Assembly (NCBI GenBank): GCA_009103225.1
Contig: RHPI01002069.1
Coordinates: 707,378-771,377, forward strand
Direction: 5' to 3'
Source: Chlorokybus atmophyticus
Lineage: Eukaryota; Plantae; Mesostigma and Chlorokybus algae
Length of the DNA stretch: 64,000 bases
How positions within the stretch are numbered: the first letter of the stretch is position 1; each line of letters opens with the position of its first letter. This document shows positions 10,601 through 23,945 of this stretch, piece after piece. The notes beneath the pieces are model-generated. The model searched no databases, was not told the DNA's origin, and saw nothing but the letters and a program-made list of their open reading frames with translations. Both the position numbers and the translations under genes were made by a program.

Positions 10601-12806
10601 GTAGTGTGCAATTGCGCTTATAAGTGCATGTTGTTTGATTGTCACAGGTGCTCTTGATCTCAGCAAAGCGGACGCATCAAGAGCTGCCACCATCTCTGCA
10701 AGCTTTGGCTGCTCAGCCGCAGTTGGAGGCCCAGACACAGGCAGCAAGTGCAACCGCAGAAGGCGCAACCAACAAACCGGTCATAGAGCACAAAACACCT
10801 ACCACACACTCAACGCAACCAGCACCAATGCGCTCGCCGATTGCTGAACCTCGTGCAGAACGGGTGAGTCGTTGCACCGAGTCAAAGTTGTGTGAAGGAT
10901 GCTGCGTATGGATGAACGGAAATTGCCCCTGAGTGGTATGCATGCAGGCATGCGACATTTCAGTACATTGTGAACTACAATCATATGTTGCAGGAGCGTG
11001 TTTTGCTTTGTGGCTGGCGACCTGACGTGGTGGACATGGCGTCCGAACTTGATCACTACGTGGGTCCAGGCAGCGAACTGGTATGGCAGCTATTCTTCAC
11101 ACGTGCTTGTTGATAATCAACGCATTGCTATGCTACCACCTCACGAAAGGGAGACAAGTGCATGTGCATGGCGGTTGGGAGGGAAGGGGGGGGNNNNNNN
11201 NNNNNNNNNNNNNNNNNNNNNNNNNNNNNNNNNNNNNNNNNNNNNNNNNNNNNNNNNNNNNNNNNNNNNNNNNNNNNNNNNNNNNNNNNNNNNNNNNNNN
11301 NNNNNNNNNNNNNNNNNNNNNNNNNNNNNNNNNNNNNNNNNNNNNNNNNNNNNNNNNNNNNNNNNNNNNNNNNNNNNNNNNNNNNNNNNGGTCGGGTCTC
11401 AAAGAAAATCAGTGGTATGCATGCTGCGCCTTCGCAGGTGGTGTTGTCAAAGCGAAGTGTTGATGAGCGGGAGCGCGTGTTTCAGAGAAAGCTAAAGCGG
11501 GAGCTTTGCAACGTGAAGGTTACGCATGTGGTATGTGACTCACCGATAATTTGAGGCCATTGCAGCAAGCTTGTGGTGATTGCTCTCTGCAGCTTGGTAT
11601 ATATAGCATTCATGCAGGCTTCAGTTTTGACTTTGGTATACAGGAAGGTGACACAATGAGTCGCACAGACTTGACATCGGCTTTGACAGCGGGGAACATT
11701 GAGGCTTCCCTCAAGAACGAGTTATTTAACCATAGTGCTACGCGGCAATCGGTCTTTGTAATCGGCGACACAGATTGGCAATCAAGGCATGAGTACGGTG
11801 AGTGGTAACTTGCTTGTCAGGTTAAGTTGGCACTAGACAATGCAGAGCAGGCAATCTGCTGTTCTGTGACAATTAATGCTCGCAGGTGCAAAGACTGACA
11901 AGGAGTCCGTGTACACATTGCTCATGGCAGAGGAGGTTTGCCAAAACCTTGGCTTTCAGGTACGCTATGCAAAAGACTAGTTAACTTCTGTAGCTGTAAG
12001 GCTAGTATACAGACCGCAATCATTCTGGCAACCTGGTGCACCGCTGCTGTTCCCCCTGATCCAGCAGCTGGATTGCTGTGCAGATACACAGCTTGGTAGC
12101 GGAACTTGTTGACACTCACCTTGGCGATCAAGTTATTCAAAGCCACCCTTCTGTTAGTTACATAGGCTCTTCAGAGATGATGGCGCTGTTCACTTCGCAA
12201 GGTACAATCTAGTGCCAGTTGGCAAACCTGCTATACATACTACCTTCTCCTGTATGGGCGGTATAGCTGCATGTTTCGACCAGCACAGTACTCTGCAACG
12301 TGCTCGTATGTCAAAACTTTGTTCAATGGTGAGAGAGAACCCAACATACACTCGGCTTGCATTTGCAGTTGCTGAGCATCGGGAGCTGCACGCGGTGTGG
12401 ACGGAGCTGTTGAATGCGTACGGCAGTGAGATCTACATCAAGTCGCCCCATCTGTACATTGCGCCCGGGGAGTCAGTGCCCTTCACCGAACTGGCTGAGC
12501 GTGCCAAGCTGCGCGGCGAGGTGGCCATTGGCTACCGGCTGGACGGCAAGAATGTAAGTCTTGGCACAGTGCAACTCTCGTGCGCACAATGTTGTGGAGC
12601 GCTCATCAATTGAAGTCTGGTCCACTGATGCAATGAACAGACTAGTATGTGCATAGACATTTTCCACAGGTCAGCAAGAGGTTTGTATCACAACATTGCG
12701 CGTGAACTTGTTAAATGTGCAGGTGATAAATCCCTTGCCAAAGACTAATCTGATCAAGCTTGATGCCGATGATGGCATTGTTGTCTTTGCACAAGATGAT
12801 GGCTAA
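7675..12806 (+). CDS. CASTOR/POLLUX/DMI1-family ion channel, PEC (At5g02940/At5g43745)-like, with transit-peptide-like N-terminus; interrupted by an N gap
   Basis: Exons include [71 protein letters not shown]...EAVVCGLV...FHP and [12 protein letters not shown]. These track the plant PEC channels. Start (7666 or 7675) is inferred; stop TAA is at 12804-12806. Confidence 0.85.
11194..11389. other. Assembly gap (N run); others at 27549-27596, 43714-43717, 54686-54903 and 63219-63424
   Basis: Runs of n, mostly flanked by poly-G or poly-C, which suggests sequencing dropout at homopolymers. Confidence 0.99.
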
Positions 12807-14238
12807 ATATGGTTGAGGACGGCTCAAACAGATTGCTCCAGTACTGGATAGCGGAACCTGTGTGATGCTGGCCAAATTGAGATTATGACATGTTGATTAA
12901 GTAGGAGCAAAATTAGTATCAAATACATAATTTCCTGAGTATGTAACAATATAGTCGCATTGCGTGCGCACCTCAAACACCCAATATTAGTGCTATACAA
13001 TAAGGCAAGTGTGGTTGCGAGATTAAGTGCTTGGTTGCACTTAGGCAACTAAGACATGGTTGACATAAGAGTGATTGTAAGGCACACTCAAGGTTAAGAA
13101 ACGTAAATGTGCCTACCTTGTGTGTGGTTTTATCCCACACAGCGGGATGTGTTGTTATGCAAGCGAGGATTTGATATGTCATCACTATAAAAATATACAT
13201 TTTTATCACACCCTGGTATTAACCATTGCTTTGGTCGGCTTGGTTTACCTTTGTGTATTGCTTGTTATGCATATGTATGCATAACAACACAATGCATTAT
13301 TAAGCAAAAGCTTTCGTTATCAGCTTCCATTTCTTACTTGATGCAAAATGCACGATGACATGCAGATTATGAGCTTTATTGCTTAACGTGTAGGTTAAAC
13401 ATCACATAAAGAAAAAGCACTTTTTAAATTCGCATAATGAAGTGTTGGCGCGCTTAAGAAACTGCGTGCTAAAAGCTTACTACTTGAGTAAGCGTATGCA
13501 AAACACCTTGGTTGATACCACTACCATGCATAATTAAAATGTGACCACTCTGCCGTTTTTGTTGCACATTTGCACCGAGATTGTATGCACAAATACGTGA
13601 TGCAGGAGCGCTTATCTATTCACTGCCCGTCATTTCATGTAATGTTTGGCAGGTGTGAGCTTTTAAGGTGTAACCACACATGTGCATGGTATGCTAGCAA
13701 CCTATGGTGCACGAAGGATAGCTTGCGTCACTCGTTCACATGAACACCAACCTAGATGCTGGTGGACATGTAATTATCCCTGCAGCATGCACTTATTTCG
13801 AGTAGTTTTTAGTTGAAAATGAGGGAAAGTACGCGGAGCGGCCAAGTAAACATGGTAGTGGTATCATAAAAAATCGGAATACCGAATTGCTTATCATCAA
13901 TTTCGCCGTTTTTGCGAGCCCCAATCTTCACTTTTCCCCCATATCTAAAATCTTATGTGTCATGAAATCGGCTTTTGGTCTTCATGTGTTGTGTAATCAA
14001 GCAAGACAAAACCTTCATTTCTATACACGATGCTTTGCTCGAAGCATGTTGCAAATCACTCCATGCACACAAGCGTTCTTCATGGACAATTGCAAGGCAA
14101 GCAATGTGTACAGCTATTGAAACCTCCGTAATCGCTTGTTAAAAAATGTGTTTTTTTAAATGACACATAGAATAGCTCCCATGTGGTGCCATTAACGCTT
14201 CAAGATGTAGACGAGACATGCATCATGAGTAGTGTGAT

Positions 14239-14352
14239 GGCCCCGGGTGTAACGCAATTGTGTTAACTTGCTTGCTAGCTTGCGTGTTACTGTTGTTGTT
14301 TGCGGGTGTGTGCACAGACAACATGTTTGCAATATGACTCATACCCTATGCA
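14239..14352. repeat. Dispersed repeat core, shared with 57583-57687 and more weakly 13207-13260
   Basis: GGCCCCGGGTGTAAC...AATTGTGTTA followed later by CATACCCTATGCA occurs at both 14239 and 57583. Confidence 0.6.
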
Positions 14353-15042
14353 TAATGGCTTTGTTGCTATCAATCAAATTGAGCCGTTATTGAGAAACCA
14401 ACATTATGCAATGGTCATCAATGCTATTGCAACTGGCCATTTGCAAGGTCATGCGATGGCATTGATGACCACTGCAATTTGTATAACGTTATATCCAGGT
14501 TACCCAATCCCGCTGAAACAGCAAACCACTCCAAGCAAAAAGGGAAGAAAACCTGAAAAAGCATCGACGGTGGATGGGGAGCGCGACCCGCTTCGCTTTT
14601 TCCACGGCTGTCCTTGGCCGCGGTCCAGCTCGGACTCCCTCAACCACACCCAGCCACATGCCCAGGATCAGTCATGCGACCGGCGCGCACCGGTCAGCCG
14701 CTTCAAGGCGCTCGCCGCGGGCGGCCCGCGACCCGGCCCTTGCACAGGCAAGCGCAGACGAGCTCTGTCTCAACGCTGCAGTCCACGTGAGTAATTGCAC
14801 TTGTCAGTGTCGGTAGACGCGGTGCTTCTTGTCGGCGTAAAAGCGGAGTCAAAGACGGGCGGCTTGCCGGTCAGAATGGGGCTTAGGGTTTCGGACAGTA
14901 ACGTGGCCAAGCTTGTGGGCGACAGTAGTGGTGTCAGTGTCGTCGGCGTCAAGGGCGGGGTAGGTGTCTGAGCGGTCGGAGCGAAGTCAGTGCCTGGTGG
15001 GTGTTGAGGGAGGAGCGTAGTTGTGCGTCGTAACCAGCAGCC

Positions 15043-16694
15043 ATGGCGGCGGCGATGTTGTCCAGCAGCGTCATGCAGACTGCGTCCAAGGCGACGCTGT
15101 CGTCTCGTCAGGGGACTGCCCAGCCGCTGAGCGCCCGGTACCTGCTTTGCATGCGTTATCAGTCGCGTACTTCCTTGCAGGCGCAGTGACTGCAGTCTTG
15201 CCGACTGGGTTGACAGCTTGCGGTCGCTGCTTATTGCTGATGGCTGCCACGTACATGCTATCTGGAATGGTAGTCGTGTGGTGACAGCTTAGTGTCACCA
15301 AGCGTGCCTGTGTGTCTCCTACCACGCTTCGTTAGCATCGTTCGTTCATTGATGCAACTTTGTCGCAGCTCTGACGGTGCAGAAGCACTGCTGCTGTCAT
15401 TGTTGCTGTGCTATATGACAAGATGATGGTATTAAGGATGGCATCTCATCTCATGCACCGCTCAATTCGTGTGCAGCCCAGCCAAGGCGTCAGGCTCAAG
15501 GAGATGCGTCACGGCCATGACGGCGCGCGTGGACAGGAGCAGCAAGGACAACATTATCATCTCGCCCTCCATCCTCAGCGCCAACTTTGCTAAGCTGGGA
15601 GAGGAGGTGCAGGCCATTGACAAGGCCGGCGCGGATTGGGTGCATGTGGATGTCATGGACGGCCGTTTCGTCCCCAACATCACCATCGGCCCCCTCATCG
15701 TGGATGCCCTTCGCCCCGTTACAGACAAAGTCCTTGATGTCCACCTGGTAAGCTTTGTTTTGCTGCAGCACCAGTGATTGCAGGTGTTCATCAGCCTTAT
15801 GAGACTGATGTCTGTATTGTTGGCTTCCTTATTCACATGCATGCAGTGAACCAAGCACACTGCAACTCACACATAATCGTCAAGTCTTGGAAACCTGTGG
15901 TTCATCTTGCGTTCAATCACATGGTTATCGCAAGAAGTTGAACCTTCTGATTGCTGTGTTGGATATGTTGAGTTCTTGATGTTGCCATACATGTCCGTTT
16001 GATAGTGCAGCAATAGTTGGCTTTTTCATGCCAGTCTTTTTGCGCCCTGTTGTGTGCGCTACGATTACAGCAGTCTTTTGCCTTATGCATGCGCTGATTG
16101 CATAGTTGGGCAGTCGCACAAGTTGCAAGTGACACTTGTGGGGGCACGTTGGCATTGCTACATAATTGTCACTGCTGCAGTCACGTTTATTGCTCACAGC
16201 GCTGTGTCTGCCAGATGATTGTGGAGCCTGAACTGCGCGTGCCAGACTTTGCCAAGGCTGGCGCTGACATCATCAGCGTGCACGCCGAGACAGCCTCGAC
16301 CATCCATCTGCACCGCACACTGAACCTCATCAAGGATCTCGGCTGCAAGGCCGGCGTCGTGTTGAACCCCGCGACCCCCGCATCCGTCCTTGAGTACGTG
16401 TTGGACGTGGTCGACCTCATCCTGGTCATGTCGGTGAATCCCGGCTTTGGTGGCCAGAGCTTCATTGGCAGCCAGGTGGACAAGATCCGGACGCTCCGCC
16501 AGATGTGCAATGAGCGTGGTGTGAACCCGTGGATTGAGGTTGACGGTGGTATCAAGGGCGACAACGCATACAAGGTCATTGAGGCCGGCGCCAACGCACT
16601 TGTGGCGGGCTCTGCCGTGTTCAACGCCCCAGACTACAAGCAAGCTATTGACAGCATCCGTGCAAGCAAGCGCAAGGAGTTGGTGGCTGCTTAA
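15043..16694 (+). CDS. RPE: Ribulose-phosphate 3-epimerase, plastid-targeted (3 exons)
   Basis: [18 protein letters not shown]...[16 protein letters not shown]...DVHL / SVHAE...[12 protein letters not shown]...IEVDGG...VAGSAVF, with a Ser/Ala-rich transit peptide. Confidence 0.97.
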
Positions 16695-18777
16695 GCAACA
16701 CGCTACAACTGTCTTCACCTGATGTACAATGTTCCTGAGCAATAACGGACAGTCTTGGTTAGGCCTGGTCGCCTTGCAGATCCAGGCACTGCGGCATGCC
16801 TCAGCCGGCCATAGAAGCTGGCAGCCAAACGTGGATGCATGTATCCTAAGAGTTAGTAGTAGGCTATGCTGGCATTATTTTGCTGTGTGAATTGAGAGTG
16901 AGCTTAAGCGAGTTGAGCCCCAGAGAGCGTTTCAGTGTTGGTACTTTGTGGTTCTGTTTGTGTCAATCCAAATGGACTCTCTGTCCTTTTAGCATGCCAG
17001 CAGATTATCAGTTTGGTGAGTGGAAAGGTTATCGTGGTTGATGCTGTAGTGCTTGTCATCCTGTGCACGGAAGATGTTAACCTCGTATGCTGCATGCAAG
17101 GAGTGTCACAACTATGCACACGGTGGCTTTCAAAACCCACACATACAACACGGTATGCTGTACAATCCACCACCGGGCCATATTATCTAAACTACTGCTA
17201 CTCTACTTGCCCTCCCCGTCATTCACACAAGCATGCAAGTGTCAATCACCTGTACAGCACGCAGCAGCAGCGTCAGCCCTGGTTGTTCTTCACGACAATA
17301 TTGGCATGGAGCAAGCTAGCAGTATGTGCAGTCAGGCCCTGTCTCTCTCCCCTCCCTCCTCCCTCCCTCCTCCACGCAGACCACACCTGGCAGCGCTGTG
17401 GACTGCGTGACCATGGTGGTACGGTTGCAATATGTGACCTCCTGTTTTGCGGCAGCGCCAGACTGCCAGCGGTTGGCCCAGGCGCTCTGACTGACGCAGG
17501 TCGAGTAGCTTGTACTTGCGCATGCGACAGCTGCTGTAACTGCAGGTCTTCAGCAGCCGCATTAGCCAAGGGGCAGGCCACCAGCAAGCGCGCATTCCGT
17601 GTTTGGGGTACGCCAGTGGGATAGTTTTGTAGCAGCCGTTGCAAAGCCCCTGTCAGTGCAAGATGAGCATGGGCTGGTAGTATTCGCAGATCTTCAGGTG
17701 CTGTGTGCTGTAACATCGCCAGCATTTTGTGCACATTGCTCAGTTTCAACTTCAGCAGGCAGGCGAAAGTGAAGTGACACTGCTGCATACGTTCAGTGAG
17801 GCGTTGTATGCATTGGTGGCAATCTCTGTAGCCGAACACCCTTCCTTGTGGGAGGTCTGCTCGCTGATGGTGTGCTTGCATTATCATTTGTTGTCTTCGC
17901 CAGTGTGGTACCCGTGCCCTTTGTTATGGTGAGTGGTGTGAAAGTGTAAAGTCGGCAGTGAAATGCAACCCGCCGGTGATCATTGAAAATCATGTTCATG
18001 CGCATGCTTTCTGTGCACGACATCGGAGGTTTCCCAGGGCAGTAACAGTGCATTTGACTGAGATGCAAGGTGGAGGTATGCTGGACAGAATGCAGCCAGT
18101 CAATTGCAGGTTGCAAGGAACATTACAAGCGGGCAACAAACTTGCTGGCGGCCGTGCAACAGCCAGGCACGAATGCTACTGAGTAGTTGCAACGAGTTTA
18201 CCATTTGCAACCCTCCTACAACCCTCATCCAAGCACACAACTTGGGAGAAGAAGTGGGAACAGTGCATGCTAGTTCATAGTGACACAAACATTGCAACTG
18301 TATGCGCCGTGAGCGACTCATAGCATGCCACAAGTGGGGTGTACCTCATTACTGTAGCACTAGCTGCGCTAGCCAGTGATGGCTAGCAACTCTTAACCGG
18401 GAGCTGTTGCGTGAGACCAAATGCTGCTGCTGAGTTGCTCAGCAAAACTAACTCAAGCTTTAATTGCCTTGCTGTCTTCCACGCTCTTTCCCCGATAAAA
18501 CACGTCTCCGTGCCACCCATGCGCAGGTTGACCTTATAGAAACAGAATATGCTGTCCGGCTAGGAAGCTGCTGGTTGGCGCCAGGGGTCGATGGAGGGAC
18601 GGCCTCAAAACCTGTTCAAGACCATCAGCATTTGCAAGGTCGCCCAACAGCAGTGACTTGACTTTTTGCCTAGCATAAGCACGCCTGCACCATTTGTTCA
18701 ATGAACATACCTGTCTGACCACTGCAACTGGCGGGAGGGCCAGATGGCGCATTGCTGACGATCATCAGTGGGATCAA

Positions 18778-21700
18778 TCAAGTTGCGGTCATGGCTGCAC
18801 GCCCTGCCACCTTAGGCATCTTCTTGCTCATGCCATCTTCAACGTCCTTCATCTTGTAATAATGCGGGGCAATTTCGACCAGCCATTCGGGCTTGATCTC
18901 CGTCACTTGTCGCATGTACTCCTTGCTTGTGTACACCAACTCATGATAAACCACATTCGTAGGAAGCACCTGCATGGCCAACAAAACATGAGCGCAGGAG
19001 CAGCAAGGATGTGCTTGGTGCTCAGCTCCTAGTGAAAGACAAACATCACTGAACAAGCGAAGAAAGCCACAGCCTGCATGCCAAATGATCACTTAGCCAA
19101 CCTGGGCCAGGCCAGAACTGGGATGAATATGCACAGTCTGCGGGTTCTTGACTGTCCGATACGCTCCTGTTCGCTGCAATCGGGCAGTGTGGTAAAAGAA
19201 GCCGGCCGTGATAGCTTTCTTGATGGCATCCAGCTCGTGAGAGTTGCTCTCGGATTCAATCTCAACGCGCTCCAGAAGACCAACAAGCTGGTCTCTGATG
19301 TCTCTGGCGCGTTTCATACTCCGCACCTGCCATGCAACAATTCCAGTGTTGGAAACTGCACTGTTCAAAGAAGCAGCACGCACTTGCAATACCTCATTGG
19401 CCTGCAAACTTATCTCACGCTGGATAAATTACTGCTTACCTGGATGTAGTTCTCATAGCAGTACTGCGTTGCGAAATTGGTGTCTGCCCAGGCAGAGTAC
19501 ACCTTCAGCAAGGCGAGATGGTCTCCGATATTGCCAGCGTGGTAGTTCATGCGGGCGTTATCAGCATGGACCGCCTTGTCCTTCGGTCGGTAGAACACGG
19601 AGTTGCCAATGGACAGCATGGCGGAGATGGTGAGAACCTCCTCTGTGCAGTGGTAGGTGCTGGACGCTATGATCATCTTCGACAGCATGGGGTCAACTGG
19701 GAACTCTGCCATCTTTCTGCCAAGCTTGGTAAGCTCTCCTTTGTCGTTGAGAGCTCCTAGCGCATACAACTGCTCCAAAGCACGCAGCAGGGTTTCTGCC
19801 GGGGGCGGGTCCATGAAGTCAAAGTTGATGAGATCATTGATGCCCAGACTCTTCAACATGAGCACAACATTGCCCAGGTTCGTGCGCTGAATCTCCGGCA
19901 CCGTGTTGTCCTCCAGTTCGTGCTGGTAAGACCAGGCCGTGTACAGCCTGAAACACTTCCCCGGGGACGTGCGCCCCGCGCGTCCTGCACGCTGAAGTGC
20001 CGAGGCTTTTGAGATTGGCGTGACAATCAACGACTCCATGCCTGTTCTTGGGTTGTATGCCTTCTGCTTGCAGAAACCAGGGTCGATGACATACTTGATG
20101 CCGTCAATTGTCAGTGAAGTCTCAGCAATGTTTGTCGCCAGGACCACCTTGCGTGCTCCAGGTGGAGTGGGCTCAAAGATCTTTGCTTGCATATCAGATG
20201 GCAGGTTGGCATAAATGGGGCAGATTATCAACTCCGCAATCTTGGATCCCAGACCACGCGTGCGCTGCTTTAGAATCTCTTCAGAAGCCTCAATCTCCTC
20301 CTGTCCAGTGTAAAAAACTAGAACATCTCCAGCAGGCTGAGTTATGTGAATTTGCAGTATGGTCACTATAGACGCGTCAAGGTAGTCCGCCTCAGGTGCT
20401 TTTGTGTACATGATGTCCACAGGGTAGCGCCGTCCAGGAATGCGGAAGATTGGTGCATAGTCAAAGTACTCGGAAAACTTCTCAGCATCCAGCGTAGCAC
20501 TTGATATCAGCAGCTTGATGTCAGGGCGGAAGCGTGTGATATCCTTGACCAGCCCAAAGAGCACATCGGTGTGCAGAGTACGCTCGTGAGCCTCGTCCAC
20601 GATCATGACACTATAGCTTGCGAGGTCGGGTTCTCCAAGGAACTCGCGCAGCAACATGCCGTCCGTCATGTACTTCAGGATCGTCTTTTCTGAAGTGCAG
20701 TCCTCAAAGCGGATGGAGTACCCGACTTCATTCCCGAGCTTGACGTCCATTTCCTGTGCCACGCGCGCTGCCACGCTCATGGCAGCGACACGCCTTGGCT
20801 GCGTGCAACCAATCTTGCCACGCGAAGTGTAGCCTGCTTCGTGCAAGTACTGCGGAATCTGTGTGGTTTTCCCTGACCCTGTCTCGCCGACAATGACAAG
20901 CACCTGATGCTCCTCAATCGCCTTTAACAACTCTTCACGATAAGGGTACATAGGCAGCTTCTTCCTCTCGTCCAGTATCTTCTGGTGTGCGGTCTTGTGT
21001 TCAACAGCTTTCTGGGCCTCTATGTACTCCTCCGTGTCTTCAACCCGCTCGCCAGCCAACAGCTCATCCTTGATGAAGTCGATCTGGTCTTCAAACACAA
21101 ATTCATAGTCCTCAACCTTCTTCTTTTGATCCTTTGCACCAAATTTCATGGAAGCTTTATGTAATTGATGTTCTTCCCAAGCCTCCTGCTCGGCAAAAGG
21201 GTTCATCTTGCCATCGCCTTCTTCCGTGTCCCGATACCGTTGCATGGCAACCTCAAACCTTTTGTCTTGTCGCACATGACCTTCCTGATCATAAGCTTCT
21301 GGCATTCGGTATCCGACTATCTCGTCAACGTCTTTTGCGCGCTGCTCGGCCAACTCAAGAAGATGTTTCTTGTACTCAAACTCTGCGCGCTCTTTTGCAG
21401 TCAGCTTCACTCCATCAAACAAGTACTGCTCGTCGGCGATGGCGTCGCGCAGCTCATCAAGCTTCTTCTGTTCGCGCATCTTCAGGTACTCTTGACGCGA
21501 CACCTCGCGCAGTGTGGGTACGAGGGCCTCGCGGTCCTCTTCACCCAAAGCCATGCGCTTCAGCTTTTCGGCTTCAGCCTGCAACCAGAGCACAGATGTT
21601 TGGTGAACAGCTACATGCAAGTGACGAATCCGTGGAATTGTCGTGGGCACAGTGATGCCAATGTGCATGCTGACCTGTTTGCTTAATTTGCCAGGTTCTG

Positions 21701-22710
21701 CGACTTTCTTCGTCTTCTCCTCATCACGGGCTTTCAGTCGCTCTTCAAACTCCTCCTTCTCCTTCTGGTCCCGTTCGCGCTCACGCTCGCGCTCCAACTC
21801 TTCCTCATCTTCATCCAACTCTTTGCGTCGCTTTGGTATCTGTGCAGTTGATGCAAAGCAATAAATAGCCCGCATTGGTAGGAGCAAGTCACTCATGGGC
21901 AAAGTAAACTTGCTAAGCATCCGATAATCACACTGACCTTCACATGCTCTTCTTCATCAGCGTCATCTTCACCTCCTCGCTTGCGCATGTGCTTCTTCCG
22001 TTTCTTGACCTTGTCTTCCACCAGCGGCGGTGCATGATCGTCATCGGCATCCAGCAGCGCGTAGCTCTCATTCTTCCTGGCAAAATCTGCTGCGGCCCTC
22101 TCATCGATCTTAGCGGCTGACGCCTTCTGTTGCCTCGGCACTCTTACAAGGAGCTGGTCAGCAAACTGCCGAGTGCTAGCGCCCTCCGGCAGTCCCTATG
22201 TGAGCAGCTGTCAGTATGAACTGATGCACAGATATGATACCAAACTACGTAACAGTACTACTGCAAGCATGCCACACGATCATGATCAGAGCAGCAGATG
22301 TGAGAAGTTGTACTGAAGATGCGTGTGGGCGGCAATTGCTAAGGTGTGCAAAACGTAAGGTGCCTGATTGCAACTGTCCAGCATGATACTGCCAATGCGA
22401 TACTGTGCACATGCAACATGAAGTAGAACTCCACAACCAAACACCCCTACAAACGAACACGGTGTGCATGCGGTATTACATGATGTTATTGGATACCGCA
22501 CTTTGGAGTTTGTGATGCCGCAATCCAACCCACAAACACAGCCACATAGCGATGATGTACCTGTCCGACAAGTTGAGAAGTGAGAGTGGCTGCAGAGGGC
22601 GTCTTTTTCGCAAGGGCGAGGATGTAAGCAGATATGCTGGCCTCCGCAAACCCCAGCAGCGAGTACAGCTGGTCGTCCACAAACTCCCGCAAAGCCCTAT
22701 CGCTCGCCAT
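18778..22710 (-). CDS. DHX16: Pre-mRNA splicing DEAH helicase PRP2/DHX16 (ESP3-like)
   Basis: N-terminus [20 protein letters not shown], then [32 protein letters not shown] and C-terminal [21 protein letters not shown]. Confidence 0.96.
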
Positions 22711-22963
22711 TCCTACAGATTGACGCCCAGCGCCAGCCCGCACCCAGGCGCAGGCGCTACTACCTCATCTTAAAGCCAACCAAGTCCAGCAAGCACCAAC
22801 CACCTGCGACTGCCTCTCGCCGCATGCACATTCACCACCAGTGATTGGCTTCTCTCACCGGCGTTCTGCACCTCCTCCTCCTCCTCCTCCTCCCACACCC
22901 GCTCCGCCGTCGCCGTTGCCGTCGCCGCCGCCCAGCAATCAGTCAGATTTTGTAGCAGAAGTT

Positions 22964-22971
22964 AACCCTAA
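22964..22971. promoter_or_regulatory. Telo-box-like motif in the ~310 bp DHX16/RPL27 divergent promoter
   Basis: AACCCTAA lies between two head-to-head start codons. Confidence 0.55.
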
Positions 22972-23023
22972 TCTGTTTGTGTAGGCGAAGGCGGTGGTGG
23001 TGTTGTGGGTGGCGTTGGCGACG

Positions 23024-23945
23024 ATGGCGGCAGCGGCGATGGCGGCAGGACGAAGCTTGCGGAGCTGCGCCGCCTCTACGACGCTCGCGCGGTTGGCGTC
23101 GGGGGCGGCGGCGGGGCCGGCCTCAGGTGAGTGCGATGTCACTGCGCTGTGCAAGCAGTGAGGCGAGTCCAGTGCATAGGTCACACTGAAGCTCTGTGTA
23201 TGCGTGCTTCTGTCATCAGGGCTGTCGGCGGCGGGGAGTCTGGTGGGAGAGGCGGGTCTGGGCGGCACTGCGCTGCGGCGCTGGGCCACGAAGAAGGCCG
23301 GCGGATCCACGCAGAACGGACGAGACTCGCAGCCCAAGTTTCTGGGGGTGAAGAAGTTTGGCGAAGAGGTGCGGCATGCTAGGCTACGTTCTGGAATTGC
23401 GTTGATTGGTTTGCATGTCGGGTCAATGCTATGCCACGTGTTTGCTTAACACATTTGCATGCATATTAATGCAGTTAGGTTAATGTGCACAAGCAAGCGT
23501 ACCGTACTGCCAGTAGCAGCTGCCGTCCTGCTTCTCATTCTTACGCATGCGCGTGCGCACGATGCTTGCTTGGGTGCGTACACACAAGTGTTGTTGGCAC
23601 ATGCAATGCGCATATGATTGCTCCAGATGTTGCTGCGATCAGCACATACACAGCCTTGTTAGAGAGCGCGTCTGCCTACGCAAGCATGCAATCCAATGCT
23701 GTTCAGTTTGCGCTGTATGGGTTGCGTTTGTTGACATTCGCTGTGTATTGCAGTATGTAAAGGCGGGTAACATCCTAGTACGGCAGCGCGGCACCAAGTT
23801 TTACCCTGGGGACAATGTGGGCATGGGGAGGGATCACACGCTGTTCTCGCTGATCAAGGGTCGAGTCAAGTTCATCAAGGACAAGTTCCGGAAAAGGCGG
23901 TATATTGCGGTGGAACCACTGATCCCACAAACTGCTGCTGCTTGA
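23024..23945 (+). CDS. RPL27: Ribosomal protein bL27, probably mitochondrial
   Basis: [28 protein letters not shown] / [27 protein letters not shown]. The WATKK form and an Ala/Arg-rich presequence favour the mitochondrial type. Confidence 0.93.

Noticed and set aside
10998-11554. ORFs spanning N gaps (also ~27300-27700, ~54560-55070 and ~63130-63530)
   Set aside because: They are open only because unknown bases contain no stop codons.
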